Positions 1 to 9,167 of a stretch of DNA of 64,000 nucleotides are shown here, piece by piece. Source of the stretch: Candidatus Nomurabacteria bacterium (lineage in GTDB: Bacteria; Patescibacteriota; Minisyncoccia; Phycocordibacterales; UBA9973); assembly GCA_029288805.1 (NCBI GenBank), contig JARIGO010000022.1, forward strand, positions 30,754 through 94,753. The letters run 5' to 3'. Position numbers and translations under genes: made by a program. Within the stretch, counting starts at the first letter, position 1, and each line of letters starts with the position of its first letter. The notes beneath the pieces are model-generated. The model made no database searches. It saw only the letters and a program-made list of their open reading frames with translations, and was not told where the DNA came from.

Positions 1-1418
1 CCTGATAAACTGGTACCCCGTTCCGATACGACAGTTTCCAAACCGTCCGGCAAGTTCTTGATAAGATCTTCGAGTTCAGCGGTATCAATAGCCTTCTGCA
101 GGTTTTCTTCCGTCACGGCAGAACTGAAGGCGATATTTTCCCGTATGGTCGTATTAAAGACGATACTATCCTGAAAGACAAAACCGACTTGCGCATGAAG
201 GGCGTGCTGATCATATTCAGTAATCATGTTGCCATCGTACAAAATGCGTCCTTCTGTCGGTATCAGCAATCCTGTCATTATATAGAGTAGCTGCGTCTTA
301 CCTGCCGCCGTAGGGCCGACAATGGCATTTCTGGTGCCTGGAGTGACACTAAATGAAATATCATCAAGCACTGATTTGTCTCCGTAGGTCATAGTAACTT
401 TTTCTACGGTTATTGCGCCTTTTAATGGAGTAGTAATGGTTCCGGTTTCTTCCGGTACAGGCGCAGACAATACCTTATAGAGACGCTGGTATGAAGCATT
501 GGCACGAGCAATAACATTACTCATAAAACCGATAATCAAAATTGGGAATATCAAGATAGCAATGTATGCATTGAATGCCGTAAAGTTACCAATGGACATG
601 TTACCAAAGATCACTGCGCGTCCTCCCACGTACACGACGATAACCACGGCCAAGTTTGCAACAAAACTTATGATAGGAATAAGAGCGGCAAAAAAGTTAA
701 CAATGTTCAAACCGTTATTCTTTGCTTCAGTATTTACAGTAAGAAATTTCTCATATTCATATTGCTGAGAATTCAATACTCGAATCAACGCAGAACCCAG
801 GATACTTTCATTAATGACCTTGTTGAGACGATCAATAATACCCTGCGTCTTTAAGAACAACGGCCTAACTCTGCCGAGCACCAAGAAGAACGTTCCGCCG
901 ATGATGGGAATAATGGCAAGAACGTACAATGCCAGCTTCCAATCAATAGTGATCAACAAGACGCTGACGCCAACAATGATAAATACTGAGGAAATAAGTG
1001 AGACGATTGCCTGAGAGACAAAGACCTTTATGGCATCGGAATCGGATGTAAGGTTTGTCAGCAAGACTGAAGGATTGGCTTCCTGGATATATGAAAAACC
1101 TTGCATGGAAATGGTCTTCATCAGTCTGTTGCGCAAGTCGCGTGCTACTCGCTCTGATGCGTAGGTTTGCATGATGTTCTGTGCGTAGGTAAAAATAAAA
1201 ATGCCGATAGCGGCAGCGCTGAATATCACAATGGTGCTATGAATGACGAGTGTGCCGGCCGTAAATTTATCCAGTGAGCTGGCGATGAGCTTTGGCACCA
1301 GCAAGGTAATACTGTTACTGACCAAAGCCAAGATGACAAGAACAATAAGCAAACCCCTGTACGGCTTCAGGAGTGAAAAGAGGCTCGGTGCGTGTTGTTG
1401 TTCAGGTTTAGTGCTCAT
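1..1418 (-). CDS. ABC transporter, fused permease/ATP-binding subunit (MsbA-like exporter); 3' end runs off window
   Basis: Minus-strand translation from the ATG at 1416-1418 gives MSTKPEQQHAPSLFSLLKPYRGLLIVLVILALV... with six TM helices, then a Walker A (AIVGPTAAGKT) encoded near 300-330. It overlaps the murG stop by 11 nt. It is absent from the ORF track because no stop lies inside the window. Confidence 0.85.
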   Translation of the reverse strand, partial: MSTKPEQQHAPSLFSLLKPYRGLLIVLVILALVSNSITLLVPKLIASSLDKFTAGTLVIHSTIVIFSAAAIGIFIFTYAQNIMQTYASERVARDLRNRLMKTISMQGFSYIQEANPSVLLTNLTSDSDAIKVFVSQAIVSLISSVFIIVGVSVLLITIDWKLALYVLAIIPIIGGTFFLVLGRVRPLFLKTQGIIDRLNKVINESILGSALIRVLNSQQYEYEKFLTVNTEAKNNGLNIVNFFAALIPIISFVANLAVVIVVYVGGRAVIFGNMSIGNFTAFNAYIAILIFPILIIGFMSNVIARANASYQRLYKVLSAPVPEETGTITTPLKGAITVEKVTMTYGDKSVLDDISFSVTPGTRNAIVGPTAAGKTQLLYIMTGLLIPTEGRILYDGNMITEYDQHALHAQVGFVFQDSIVFNTTIRENIAFSSAVTEENLQKAIDTAELEDLIKNLPDGLETVVSERGTSLS

Positions 1419-2541
1419 GTTCAAGTGCGATAGCAATGGCTTCTGCAGCTATTTCTCGTGCTGCCTCCGGCTTATAGAAACTTCTGGCTTTTTCTGCCAT
1501 AGCGTCATAGTAATCTTTACGTCCGAGGATCAAATCTATTTCGTTTTTTAATACTGATGGAGTGAGATTCGATTCTTCGATAACGACGCATGCCCCGGTA
1601 CGTGCATAGTGATAGGCATTCTTGCGCTGATGGTCCCCATGAAATACTGCGGCACTACCTGGAATGATAATAGACGGCTTGCCCCATGCTGCAATTTCAT
1701 AGATTGAAGATCCTGCACGAGAGATGATAACATCCGCCGCTCCGCCAAACATCTTGGTTTGCAAGTCGTTGAAGTATGGAAAGATCTTGTAGCGTGTGCG
1801 CTTTACGTCATCACCAAGCAAGACTTCCGCATCGGTTTTCACCTCCTCAAAATTCTTCGGACCTGTTTGATGAATGATCTGATAGTGTTGGACTAACTCA
1901 ACAACAAGTGACGTAATGCTGTCATTAATGATCTTTGCACCAAGCGAACCGCCGATAACGCCGATGGTTGGAATACTGTCATCAAGCTCAAAGAATGCCT
2001 TGGCACCTTCCTTGGCAGAAAAAGCGATAGTCTTGCGAACAGGCTGACCAGTAATAGAAACTTTCTTTTCATCGAAATACTGTGCGGCTTCTGGATATGA
2101 CAAAGCTACGCGTCGTGCGAACTTGCCTGACCATTTGTTTACGCGACCTGGCACGGTATCAGACTCATGAACGATAACTGGTATGCGCAAGATGCGAGCT
2201 GCAACAAGCACAGGAAAGGCTGCATATCCTCCCTTACTGATAATGACATCTGGATACAAACTAAATAGTTTGAAGATAGCGCCAACAACACCAAATGCTG
2301 TCTTAAAAATATCAACAAAGTTTTGCCATGAAAAGTAGATGCGGAGCTTACCGGCAGTGATGGGAATATAGGTGATGAACTGTTCGTCCAGCTCCTTTTG
2401 GTTGTATGGAGCGTTGGACATGTAATACAGCTTGAACTTGGCAAACTTTTCCTCGTCAGCAATGCGGTTCAATTCTTCCGCTATGGCAATAAGCGGATAA
2501 AAATGTCCTCCAGTCCCCCCTCCAATCAACAAGATTTTCAT
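1408..2541 (-). CDS. murG: UDP-N-acetylglucosamine--N-acetylmuramyl-(pentapeptide) pyrophosphoryl-undecaprenol GlcNAc transferase
   Basis: 377 aa. N-terminal MKILLIGGGTGGHFYPLIAIAEEL G-loop and C-terminal GT-B domain. Sits next to ftsW and mraY. Confidence 0.93.
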   Translation of the reverse strand: MKILLIGGGTGGHFYPLIAIAEELNRIADEEKFAKFKLYYMSNAPYNQKELDEQFITYIPITAGKLRIYFSWQNFVDIFKTAFGVVGAIFKLFSLYPDVIISKGGYAAFPVLVAARILRIPVIVHESDTVPGRVNKWSGKFARRVALSYPEAAQYFDEKKVSITGQPVRKTIAFSAKEGAKAFFELDDSIPTIGVIGGSLGAKIINDSITSLVVELVQHYQIIHQTGPKNFEEVKTDAEVLLGDDVKRTRYKIFPYFNDLQTKMFGGAADVIISRAGSSIYEIAAWGKPSIIIPGSAAVFHGDHQRKNAYHYARTGACVVIEESNLTPSVLKNEIDLILGRKDYYDAMAEKARSFYKPEAAREIAAEAIAIALEHEH

Positions 2542-2632
2542 ACGTCTGTATATTGTAGCGATTTTAAGGAGTTATAACAACATGAATTGACTTTTTATAA
2601 AATAAATGATGTAATCTTCAAAATTATTTGAA

Positions 2633-3205
2633 ATGGAAAATTTAAAACTTATAGGTGCAATTGTTGGCTTATTGGCTAACATCCCTCTTTTTATCGCTGT
2701 TTGGAAAGGATTAAAACAAAACTTTTCCACCTGGATGCTATGGACAATACTCGATATCATCACCACCGTCTCACTTATGAGGCAGCATGGAAATTATGAC
2801 CTATCAGGTATATACGTAGTAACTTCCTTTAGCATGAGCATGCTCTTATTGTTTAAAAAGGAAATATCATGGGAATTAACTGACACGTTAACTGTTGCTG
2901 GGGTTTTTATTTGTTTGGCTGTTTGGTATTTCTTGGGAGATGAAGCAACTACTATTGCAAGTACAGCAGCTGTGGTACTCTCAAGTTTTCCGCTGATAAA
3001 AGAGACATTCTGCAAGCCTGATGGCGGGGCAACAAAAATTTATTTTTATTTTTGTATTGCCAGTTTATTGGCACTTATCGGCGGTGATGATTTTAGCATA
3101 AAAGAATCATTATATCCTGCTGCTACATTAGGTTTTAGTTCGGTGTTGACCATACTGTCGTTAAGGAAAAATCCGACTCTAAAAGTTTTTAAAAGCCCTT
3201 CTTAG
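2633..3205 (+). CDS. hypothetical polytopic membrane protein
   Basis: 190 aa and very hydrophobic with about 5 TM segments. Diverges from murG and ends in a terminator hairpin. Confidence 0.5.
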   Translation: MENLKLIGAIVGLLANIPLFIAVWKGLKQNFSTWMLWTILDIITTVSLMRQHGNYDLSGIYVVTSFSMSMLLLFKKEISWELTDTLTVAGVFICLAVWYFLGDEATTIASTAAVVLSSFPLIKETFCKPDGGATKIYFYFCIASLLALIGGDDFSIKESLYPAATLGFSSVLTILSLRKNPTLKVFKSPS

Positions 3206-3218
3206 GGCTTTTTTCTTT
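3191..3218. terminator. bidirectional rho-independent terminator between the convergent 2633-3205 gene and ftsW
   Basis: AAGCCC-ttctta-GGGCTT hairpin followed by TTTTTTCTTT; the complement supplies A/T runs for the opposite direction. Confidence 0.6.
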
Positions 3219-4350
3219 ATGCGCTTTTTTGATATCTTGAAACATTTAAGACAATACCGGAAGCAAAGAGGGCGATGGCAAGAGAGGTTCCCCCTTGGGA
3301 GACGAAGACAAGTGGCACGCCGGTTAGTGGAAAGAGTCCGACAAGAGATGCCATATTGAGGAAGGATTGTGAGACGAGCACTGTCACGATACCGACGACA
3401 AGATATTGTCCAAACATGTCTCGAGAATTAATGGCAATTTTGTACCCTCTGATAGCCAGGAAAACATACAACACTACAAGCAATGCACTGCCGATAAAAC
3501 CGAACTCTTCACCAATAACGGCATAAATAGAGTCACCTTGCGGTTCAGGCAAGTAATTGAACTTCTGAACGCTTTGCCCCAGTCCTCTACCGAGTATTCC
3601 TCCGCTACCGATGGCAATAAGACCTTGCTGGAGCTGATATGAGGAGCCTTGTGCATCACTGGAAGGATTGATGTACGTTTTGATACGACTCATGAGGTAT
3701 GGGCGAACGAGTGCCAAAAGCAAAATACCGACAAGACCAACAACAACGATAGAAATAATCTTCTTCCATGACACCCCTGATACGAACAGCATGCTACATG
3801 CTGCGGCAGTGATCAAAATAAGACTTTTGGTATCAGGCTGAAGCAACAATGCTCCGGCAACCAATCCAAGCATGACTGTAAACGGCAAAAGCTTGTATTT
3901 AAATTCCTCTTTTTTCTTACTGGTCCATGCGAGCCATGCTGCAAAGTACGTTACGAATCCCAGCTTTAGTATTTCTGCGGGTTGAAATGATACGCCTGCA
4001 ATTGAAATCCAGCGCCGGGCACCGCCGTGCCTAAACCCTAAGTGCGGAACAAAGACTGACAGTGTTAGCAGTAGCGTAATAATGAAGATAACAAATGCAT
4101 TGTTACGCCAAAAGTGATAGGGGATTTTTATTGCCAACCACAACAACGCCATGCCACCCACGAAACCAAGGACGATCTGGGCAAATAGCACCCCGTAAAA
4201 TTTCGCGTCACTTTGCGCCAGGATACCGAGAGAGGCAGAGACAAAAGAAATAATTCCGATTACGGAAATCAGAATGACAAGGCCAAAAAAGTACGTATCA
4301 AATTGTTTTGGTTTGACGACGACTGACATATTACTTACTAATGATAACAA
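3217..4350 (-). CDS. ftsW: SEDS-family peptidoglycan glycosyltransferase (FtsW/RodA)
   Basis: 377 aa with about 10 TM helices and the conserved C-terminal SEDS block (GGILGRGLGQS...DSIYAVIGEEFGFIG). Lies between murG and mraY. Confidence 0.85.
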   Translation of the reverse strand: MLSLVSNMSVVVKPKQFDTYFFGLVILISVIGIISFVSASLGILAQSDAKFYGVLFAQIVLGFVGGMALLWLAIKIPYHFWRNNAFVIFIITLLLTLSVFVPHLGFRHGGARRWISIAGVSFQPAEILKLGFVTYFAAWLAWTSKKKEEFKYKLLPFTVMLGLVAGALLLQPDTKSLILITAAACSMLFVSGVSWKKIISIVVVGLVGILLLALVRPYLMSRIKTYINPSSDAQGSSYQLQQGLIAIGSGGILGRGLGQSVQKFNYLPEPQGDSIYAVIGEEFGFIGSALLVVLYVFLAIRGYKIAINSRDMFGQYLVVGIVTVLVSQSFLNMASLVGLFPLTGVPLVFVSQGGTSLAIALFASGIVLNVSRYQKSA

Positions 4351-5398
4351 TTACTACGCCAATGATAGCCGCTATGATGGAAACGATCCAGTAACGCATG
4401 ACAACCTTTTCCTTTGACCAGCCCAAGGCTCTGAAATGATGATGCAATGGTGCGATCTTAAAGACGCGTCGCTTGCCGCAATACTTGTATGCGCCGACTT
4501 GCAGTATCACTGAAACAGTCGTAGCGGTTAATGGCAGTGCAATGATTGGTAGTAGCAGTACTGTATTGGTAAGAAACGCTATAACGGTCAGTACTACGGT
4601 CAATCCAAGCATGCCGGTCTCACCCATATAAAAACGTGCCGGAGGAATGTTGAACCAGAGAAATGCCAAAATGCCTCCTGATATGACACCGCACAGTGCC
4701 GCAATATCAATCTGGTGCTGTACGGCGGCGATGACTGCGTATGCGGCAAAGATAATGGCCAAGACCCCGCCTGCCAAACCATCAAGCCCGTCTATGACTG
4801 AGGTGGAAAAAACAGCAAGCATCACGATGATAAAAAATGGAATGAAGAGCCATCCGAAACTAAAGATGATATGCGTAAACGGAATGAGAATGCCGGTAAC
4901 GCCAAGCTTGAAATAAAACCATGACCCAACGGCAATACCGATAGCAACAATCATACCGATCTTGACCCAGCGATTGCTCAAGACATCACTGGATTTGTCC
5001 TTCAATGCGCCTTTTACCTGCAGCAAGTCATCAGCAAGACCGATTAAAGATCCCAATAGTAATGCACCGATTGGCACTACTGTCTGACTTTTACTGAAGA
5101 AATCCATTTTTTGTGAAAGATCTGAAGGAAAGACTTTTGAAATAACCCAAATCAATGTCATGCAAATAAGTACGGATAACCAAATGATAACGCCACCGAC
5201 ACGAGGAGTAGCAAGCTCTGCGCTGCCGTCATGCACCTTTTTAAACTCATCATTAGTAATGTCATGTTCCTGGGCGCGATTATTCTTCTTCCACAGTTTG
5301 TACTTGTACATTTGTGTCGTCAGTGTTGGCGTTATGAAAATACCGATAACGAATGCGAGCGTGGTTGGTATGAAGATTTTAATGGCGTCGAGTAGCAT
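4331..5398 (-). CDS. mraY: phospho-N-acetylmuramoyl-pentapeptide transferase
   Basis: 355 aa polytopic protein. Has the DGLDGLAGG motif and the C-terminal APLHHHF signature. Confidence 0.93.
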   Translation of the reverse strand: MLLDAIKIFIPTTLAFVIGIFITPTLTTQMYKYKLWKKNNRAQEHDITNDEFKKVHDGSAELATPRVGGVIIWLSVLICMTLIWVISKVFPSDLSQKMDFFSKSQTVVPIGALLLGSLIGLADDLLQVKGALKDKSSDVLSNRWVKIGMIVAIGIAVGSWFYFKLGVTGILIPFTHIIFSFGWLFIPFFIIVMLAVFSTSVIDGLDGLAGGVLAIIFAAYAVIAAVQHQIDIAALCGVISGGILAFLWFNIPPARFYMGETGMLGLTVVLTVIAFLTNTVLLLPIIALPLTATTVSVILQVGAYKYCGKRRVFKIAPLHHHFRALGWSKEKVVMRYWIVSIIAAIIGVVIVIISK

Positions 5399-5399
5399 A

Positions 5400-5921
5400 C
5401 TATTCTTGATTTAAAAGCGTGGTTATCTTAGCTACAGTTTCGGCGTACTGAGGCAGCTGATCAGTTTGGGAAACACCAAAGTGTTCAAGCAATGCTAATG
5501 TCGGATGATATGTTATTGCACGACCGTTACCTTGAGTTTCAATCAGTCCTCTGATCTGTAATGCACGTAATGAATATGATGCATTAACACCACGGATCAA
5601 TTCTATTTCCGCCTTTGTGGCGCCTGGCTTATAGACGACAATAGCCAATGTTTCTGCACTGGCCTTGCTGAGCTCTTTTTGGAGCTCTTCCTTACGAATA
5701 GTCTCAAGCACCGCACTGAATTCTGGTCGAGTAGCCAAGGTTACACTGTCCCCTTGCCTGACAAGCATCATGGCATGGCCTTCGAAATGTTGTGAAAGTG
5801 TCGCAAGCGCTTCCTCAACAGCTTCCTGAGTAGCATCTAAAAGTTTTGCCAATCCTGAGACAGTATATGAATCAGCAGTTGCGAAAAGAATGCTTTCAAT
5901 TGTGGTTGATAGGTTATTCAT
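5400..5921 (-). CDS. scpB: segregation and condensation protein B
   Basis: Tandem winged-helix ScpB signature (IESILFATADSYTVSGLAKLL ... AIVVYKPGATKAEIELIRGVNASYSLRALQIRGLIE). Start set at the internal MNNLSTT methionine so the gene does not overlap scpA by 77 nt. Confidence 0.8.
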   Translation of the reverse strand: MNNLSTTIESILFATADSYTVSGLAKLLDATQEAVEEALATLSQHFEGHAMMLVRQGDSVTLATRPEFSAVLETIRKEELQKELSKASAETLAIVVYKPGATKAEIELIRGVNASYSLRALQIRGLIETQGNGRAITYHPTLALLEHFGVSQTDQLPQYAETVAKITTLLNQE

Positions 5922-6687
5922 AGGAAGCTTCTGCGGAACTAGTATCAATCGGCTGCGCATCAACATTCTTTTGAAGTGAAATATCCTCAAAGAGATTGTT
6001 TTGTTCAGCCGCTATTAGTCCGCGTCGTACCAACTCTAGCATACCAAGAAATGAGACAATCGTGTAGACCTTCACGCTGTGGTCATCCTGATCCGGCGAC
6101 ATGACACGAATGGCATTGAAGCTTGTTGTCATGGCGCGTTCGATGCGCTCTTGTAATGTATTCAAAACTTCACTGATGGAAATAGTTTTGTAGACGCGTG
6201 CCTCTGGTTTCTTTGGAGCAGGCGGCGGCACGCGGCCAACCATATCAAGCACCAAGCCTGGCAACTGATCGAGCAACAATTTTTCATCTGGCGCAAAGAC
6301 AACTCCGCTCAAGCGTCGTACGCCTTCGAATGACACTTTCTTGCCGTATTGTTTGGTAAGCTCACCGGCAACCTGCCCTACGATTTGATACAGTGCTACA
6401 CGACGCTCAAGGTCAGTGATGGATTCTGTTTCCTCGGGTGTCAACTCGAGGTTTGGCAACAGTGAGCGTGCTTTTATTAAAATAAGCGTCGCCGCTACGG
6501 CCAAAAAGTTTGCCACCTCTCCAGGCTGCATACCGGCTGTTTGCATGTAGGTAATGAAGTCATCCGTTACAGCGGCAAGCGAAACGTCATTCACGAACAA
6601 CTTTCGCTTTTCAATCAGTTCCAGAAGCACCTCAACCGGCCCCTCAAAGATCTCCTGCTTTATCTTAAACGTAGTGTCAGTTTCCAT
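5914..6687 (-). CDS. scpA: segregation and condensation protein A
   Basis: 257 aa. N-terminal FEGPVEVLLELIEKRKLFVNDVSLAAVTDDFITYMQ is typical of the ScpA kleisin. Lies upstream of scpB. Confidence 0.85.
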   Translation of the reverse strand: METDTTFKIKQEIFEGPVEVLLELIEKRKLFVNDVSLAAVTDDFITYMQTAGMQPGEVANFLAVAATLILIKARSLLPNLELTPEETESITDLERRVALYQIVGQVAGELTKQYGKKVSFEGVRRLSGVVFAPDEKLLLDQLPGLVLDMVGRVPPPAPKKPEARVYKTISISEVLNTLQERIERAMTTSFNAIRVMSPDQDDHSVKVYTIVSFLGMLELVRRGLIAAEQNNLFEDISLQKNVDAQPIDTSSAEASYE

Positions 6688-6726
6688 TTGCCTTCATAGT
6701 ATAACCTCTTTGTAAGGCTAAAGATA

Positions 6727-8151
6727 CTATTGTTTCGGCTTTTTTAGGACGATATGCAGTTCTTCTACCTGCTTTTCACTGATAGTGGACGGTGCGGACA
6801 TCATTGGATCCTTTCCTTCTCCAGTCTTTGGAAATGCCATGACTTCACGAATGTTTGGTTCATTCAAAAGCAGCATCATGAGACGGTCAAAGCCCCAGGC
6901 AATACCGCCGTGTGGAGGCGTGCCAAGCTTGAATGCCTGTAGCATGTGACCAAAGTCACTTTCAATAGTTTCAACTGAGTGGCCGAGCAATTCAAAAACC
7001 TTGGACAATGCTTCGAATGAGTGATTACGAATAGAACCTCCACCGATTTCAAAACCGTTCAAAACGATATCGTATTGCGTCGTAAGGATACTTCCTACGG
7101 CTTCCTTGTTCATGAGATTACTCATATGCTCTTCAATCGGTCGTGAAAATGGATTGTGCGTATACGTCCATTCACCTTGTGCGTCAGGGTTGTCACTCTT
7201 ACTGGTTGATTCGAAAAATGGAAAATCTATGACCCAGCAAAATGCGAGCGAGTTTGGATCTTCTTTGTCATTACGGATATCAGGACGGTCATTGCCATAC
7301 TGCTCCATGGCGTCTTTGTATGAAATACGAGGAAATGGAATCTCTTGGATTTTCTTTTCAGGAAAGAGCTTTTGCACAATGTTGATGAGCAATGCTTCGT
7401 TCATCTGCATCACGGCTTCGCGATCCACGAAACTCATTTCCATATCAAGCTGAGTGAATTCGGGCTGGCGATCTCCACGGCCGTCTTCATCACGCATGCA
7501 TTTTGCGAACTGGAAGTATCGTTCCACTCCACCAGTCATGAGCAGCTGCTTATACTGCTGCGGTGATTGCGGCAAGGCATAAAAATGATTTGGGTAGAGA
7601 CGTGAAGGAACAACATAGTCACGCGCACCTTCAGGGGTAGACTTTGTAAGAATAGGAGTTTCTACTTCGATGAACTTTTGGTCATGCAAAAAGTCACGTA
7701 CGTATTTTTGCACCTCATCGCGCTTTCGCATATTGCGCTGCATGCGGGCACTGCGAAGATCCAAGTAGCGGTGCTTCAAGCGAGATTCCTCACCTACTTC
7801 CTTGGTATCCACATTGATCTCAAACGGCAACGGTTCTGCTTTGTTTAAAATAGTAAGAGCAGTGATTTCCAATTCAATGTCACCATTCTGCTTGTCGGCC
7901 TGCACGTTGCGTTCTGGGCGCTTGTTGATGATACCCTCCACAGCTACGACAGATTCAGGACGGGCATCCTTTACAGCCTCAGCCATTTCAGCGGCGCGGT
8001 TTGGCAAAATAACACCCTGGATGTACCCAGTCATGTCACGGAAATCAAAAAAGACGAGCTTTCCCTGGTCGCGACGAACGTCGATCCAGCCTTTGAATAA
8101 AATAGTTTCTCCAACGTGCGCTCCCGCGTCACCAATATATGTGCGTTCCAT
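6727..8151 (-). CDS. aspS: aspartyl-tRNA synthetase, short archaeal/eukaryal-type (no GAD insertion)
   Basis: 474 aa. N-terminal OB anticodon-binding fold, class II motifs (FRDE, GGGSIRNH, GxDR). The length fits the non-bacterial type. Confidence 0.9.
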   Translation of the reverse strand: MERTYIGDAGAHVGETILFKGWIDVRRDQGKLVFFDFRDMTGYIQGVILPNRAAEMAEAVKDARPESVVAVEGIINKRPERNVQADKQNGDIELEITALTILNKAEPLPFEINVDTKEVGEESRLKHRYLDLRSARMQRNMRKRDEVQKYVRDFLHDQKFIEVETPILTKSTPEGARDYVVPSRLYPNHFYALPQSPQQYKQLLMTGGVERYFQFAKCMRDEDGRGDRQPEFTQLDMEMSFVDREAVMQMNEALLINIVQKLFPEKKIQEIPFPRISYKDAMEQYGNDRPDIRNDKEDPNSLAFCWVIDFPFFESTSKSDNPDAQGEWTYTHNPFSRPIEEHMSNLMNKEAVGSILTTQYDIVLNGFEIGGGSIRNHSFEALSKVFELLGHSVETIESDFGHMLQAFKLGTPPHGGIAWGFDRLMMLLLNEPNIREVMAFPKTGEGKDPMMSAPSTISEKQVEELHIVLKKPKQ

Positions 8152-8251
8152 AGTTCTCCCATTCTACCCGAAATAAGGCTTTTTTAAAAGCCTGGCCGCT
8201 TTGCAAGCATTGCATAGCACTGCCGAGATAAAGAAAAACTGAAGAGGAAAT

Positions 8252-8288
8252 AAAAAAGCCCTGGAACTATGTCCTAGGGCTTTTTGTT
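8252..8288. terminator. bidirectional terminator between the 8288-8758 gene and the aspS promoter region
   Basis: GCCCUGGAAC-uau-GUCCUAGGGC hairpin with 9 of 10 pairs, flanked by a T-run on the plus strand and an A-run that reads as a T-run on the minus strand. Confidence 0.5.
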
Positions 8289-8758
8289 CAACTAAACACC
8301 GATGCGTACATGGGGTTTAACGGAACACGATAGCTTGTTTGGCCTTCAAGAGGCATAAACGGCAGATCTTTTTTGGTAACGGTCAATGTTCGCATGGAGT
8401 ACATGGGATCATAAGCACGATGCTCTACAGGATCTTTTTTCTGAAAGTGTGTAAAATGAAGAAGATGGACAACGCCTTTTGGCTCCTCATACAGTAAATG
8501 ATCGAGGGTACGGTTGCATACGACGAAATCTATCGCGTATTTCTTTTCATCTATAAAGACCTTGTAATGAGAACGGCCACCTTTGATCCCGGCCACAACA
8601 ACACCCATAAAAATTGCCAGTCCGGAGAATGGTGTTGCACAAATAGCCATCTCGCCGTCAGTAAAGTGAGGCCATACCTCATTAAATTTGCTTCCACTAC
8701 CGTGAAGCAGGCACTGTTCGTGCAGAACCGCCTTGTTAAGTATCTCTGTATTGTTCAT
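8288..8758 (-). CDS. hypothetical protein, possibly a permuted papain-like (NlpC/LRAT-type) Cys/His hydrolase
   Basis: 156 aa and soluble. His-rich N-terminal segment followed by an AICATPFSG Cys segment. No confident family match from sequence alone. Confidence 0.45.
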   Translation of the reverse strand: MNNTEILNKAVLHEQCLLHGSGSKFNEVWPHFTDGEMAICATPFSGLAIFMGVVVAGIKGGRSHYKVFIDEKKYAIDFVVCNRTLDHLLYEEPKGVVHLLHFTHFQKKDPVEHRAYDPMYSMRTLTVTKKDLPFMPLEGQTSYRVPLNPMYASVFS

Positions 8759-8841
8759 GCTGTTAATTTTTTATCATTATGAATAATTATCACTATTTGT
8801 CAAATATATTGCTTTCTTTGCATTGATGATATTCTTACTAT

Positions 8842-9138
8842 ATGCAAATACCCGAAAATGGCTTTTATTACCATTACAAACACGATGAAGCGAAGGGGTT
8901 CAATGATCATGCGTATGAGGTTTTTGGAATAGCCCGCCATACGGAAGAAAAAGGATTCTTGGTGCTATACAAGCCTCTATATGAAAACGATTGGTTTATT
9001 CCTGCCAACTACCAAGCACGTCCTTTGGATATGTTTAATGAAGATGTGATTATTGACGGAAAATCAGTTCCACGGTTTACAAAGATTACTGACCTGGAAC
9101 TGATAGAAAAATTAAAATTAGTCAAAAACACAATATAA
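8842..9138 (+). CDS. DUF1653-family protein
   Basis: 98 aa. The GFYYHYKH ... YEVFGIARHTEEKGFLVLYKPLY ... WFIPANYQARPLDMF ... GKSVPRFTKI pattern matches the conserved DUF1653 core. Confidence 0.65.
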   Translation: MQIPENGFYYHYKHDEAKGFNDHAYEVFGIARHTEEKGFLVLYKPLYENDWFIPANYQARPLDMFNEDVIIDGKSVPRFTKITDLELIEKLKLVKNTI

Positions 9139-9139
9139 A

Positions 9140-9167
9140 AAGCCCAGAATATATCTGGACTTTTGTG
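9140..9167. terminator. putative bidirectional terminator between the DUF1653 gene and the ABC transporter
   Basis: Imperfect AGCCCAGA-atatat-CTGGACT hairpin followed by TTTTGTGTT. Confidence 0.3.

Noticed and set aside
2139-2462. Numerous 60-200 aa ORFs antisense to or overlapping large conserved genes, for example 2139-2462, 7106-7453, 12625-12858, 24291-24829, 47492-48211, 50080-50799 and 51781-52464
   Set aside because: They overlap well-supported conserved CDSs on the other strand and have low-complexity or biased composition. They are treated as frame artefacts.
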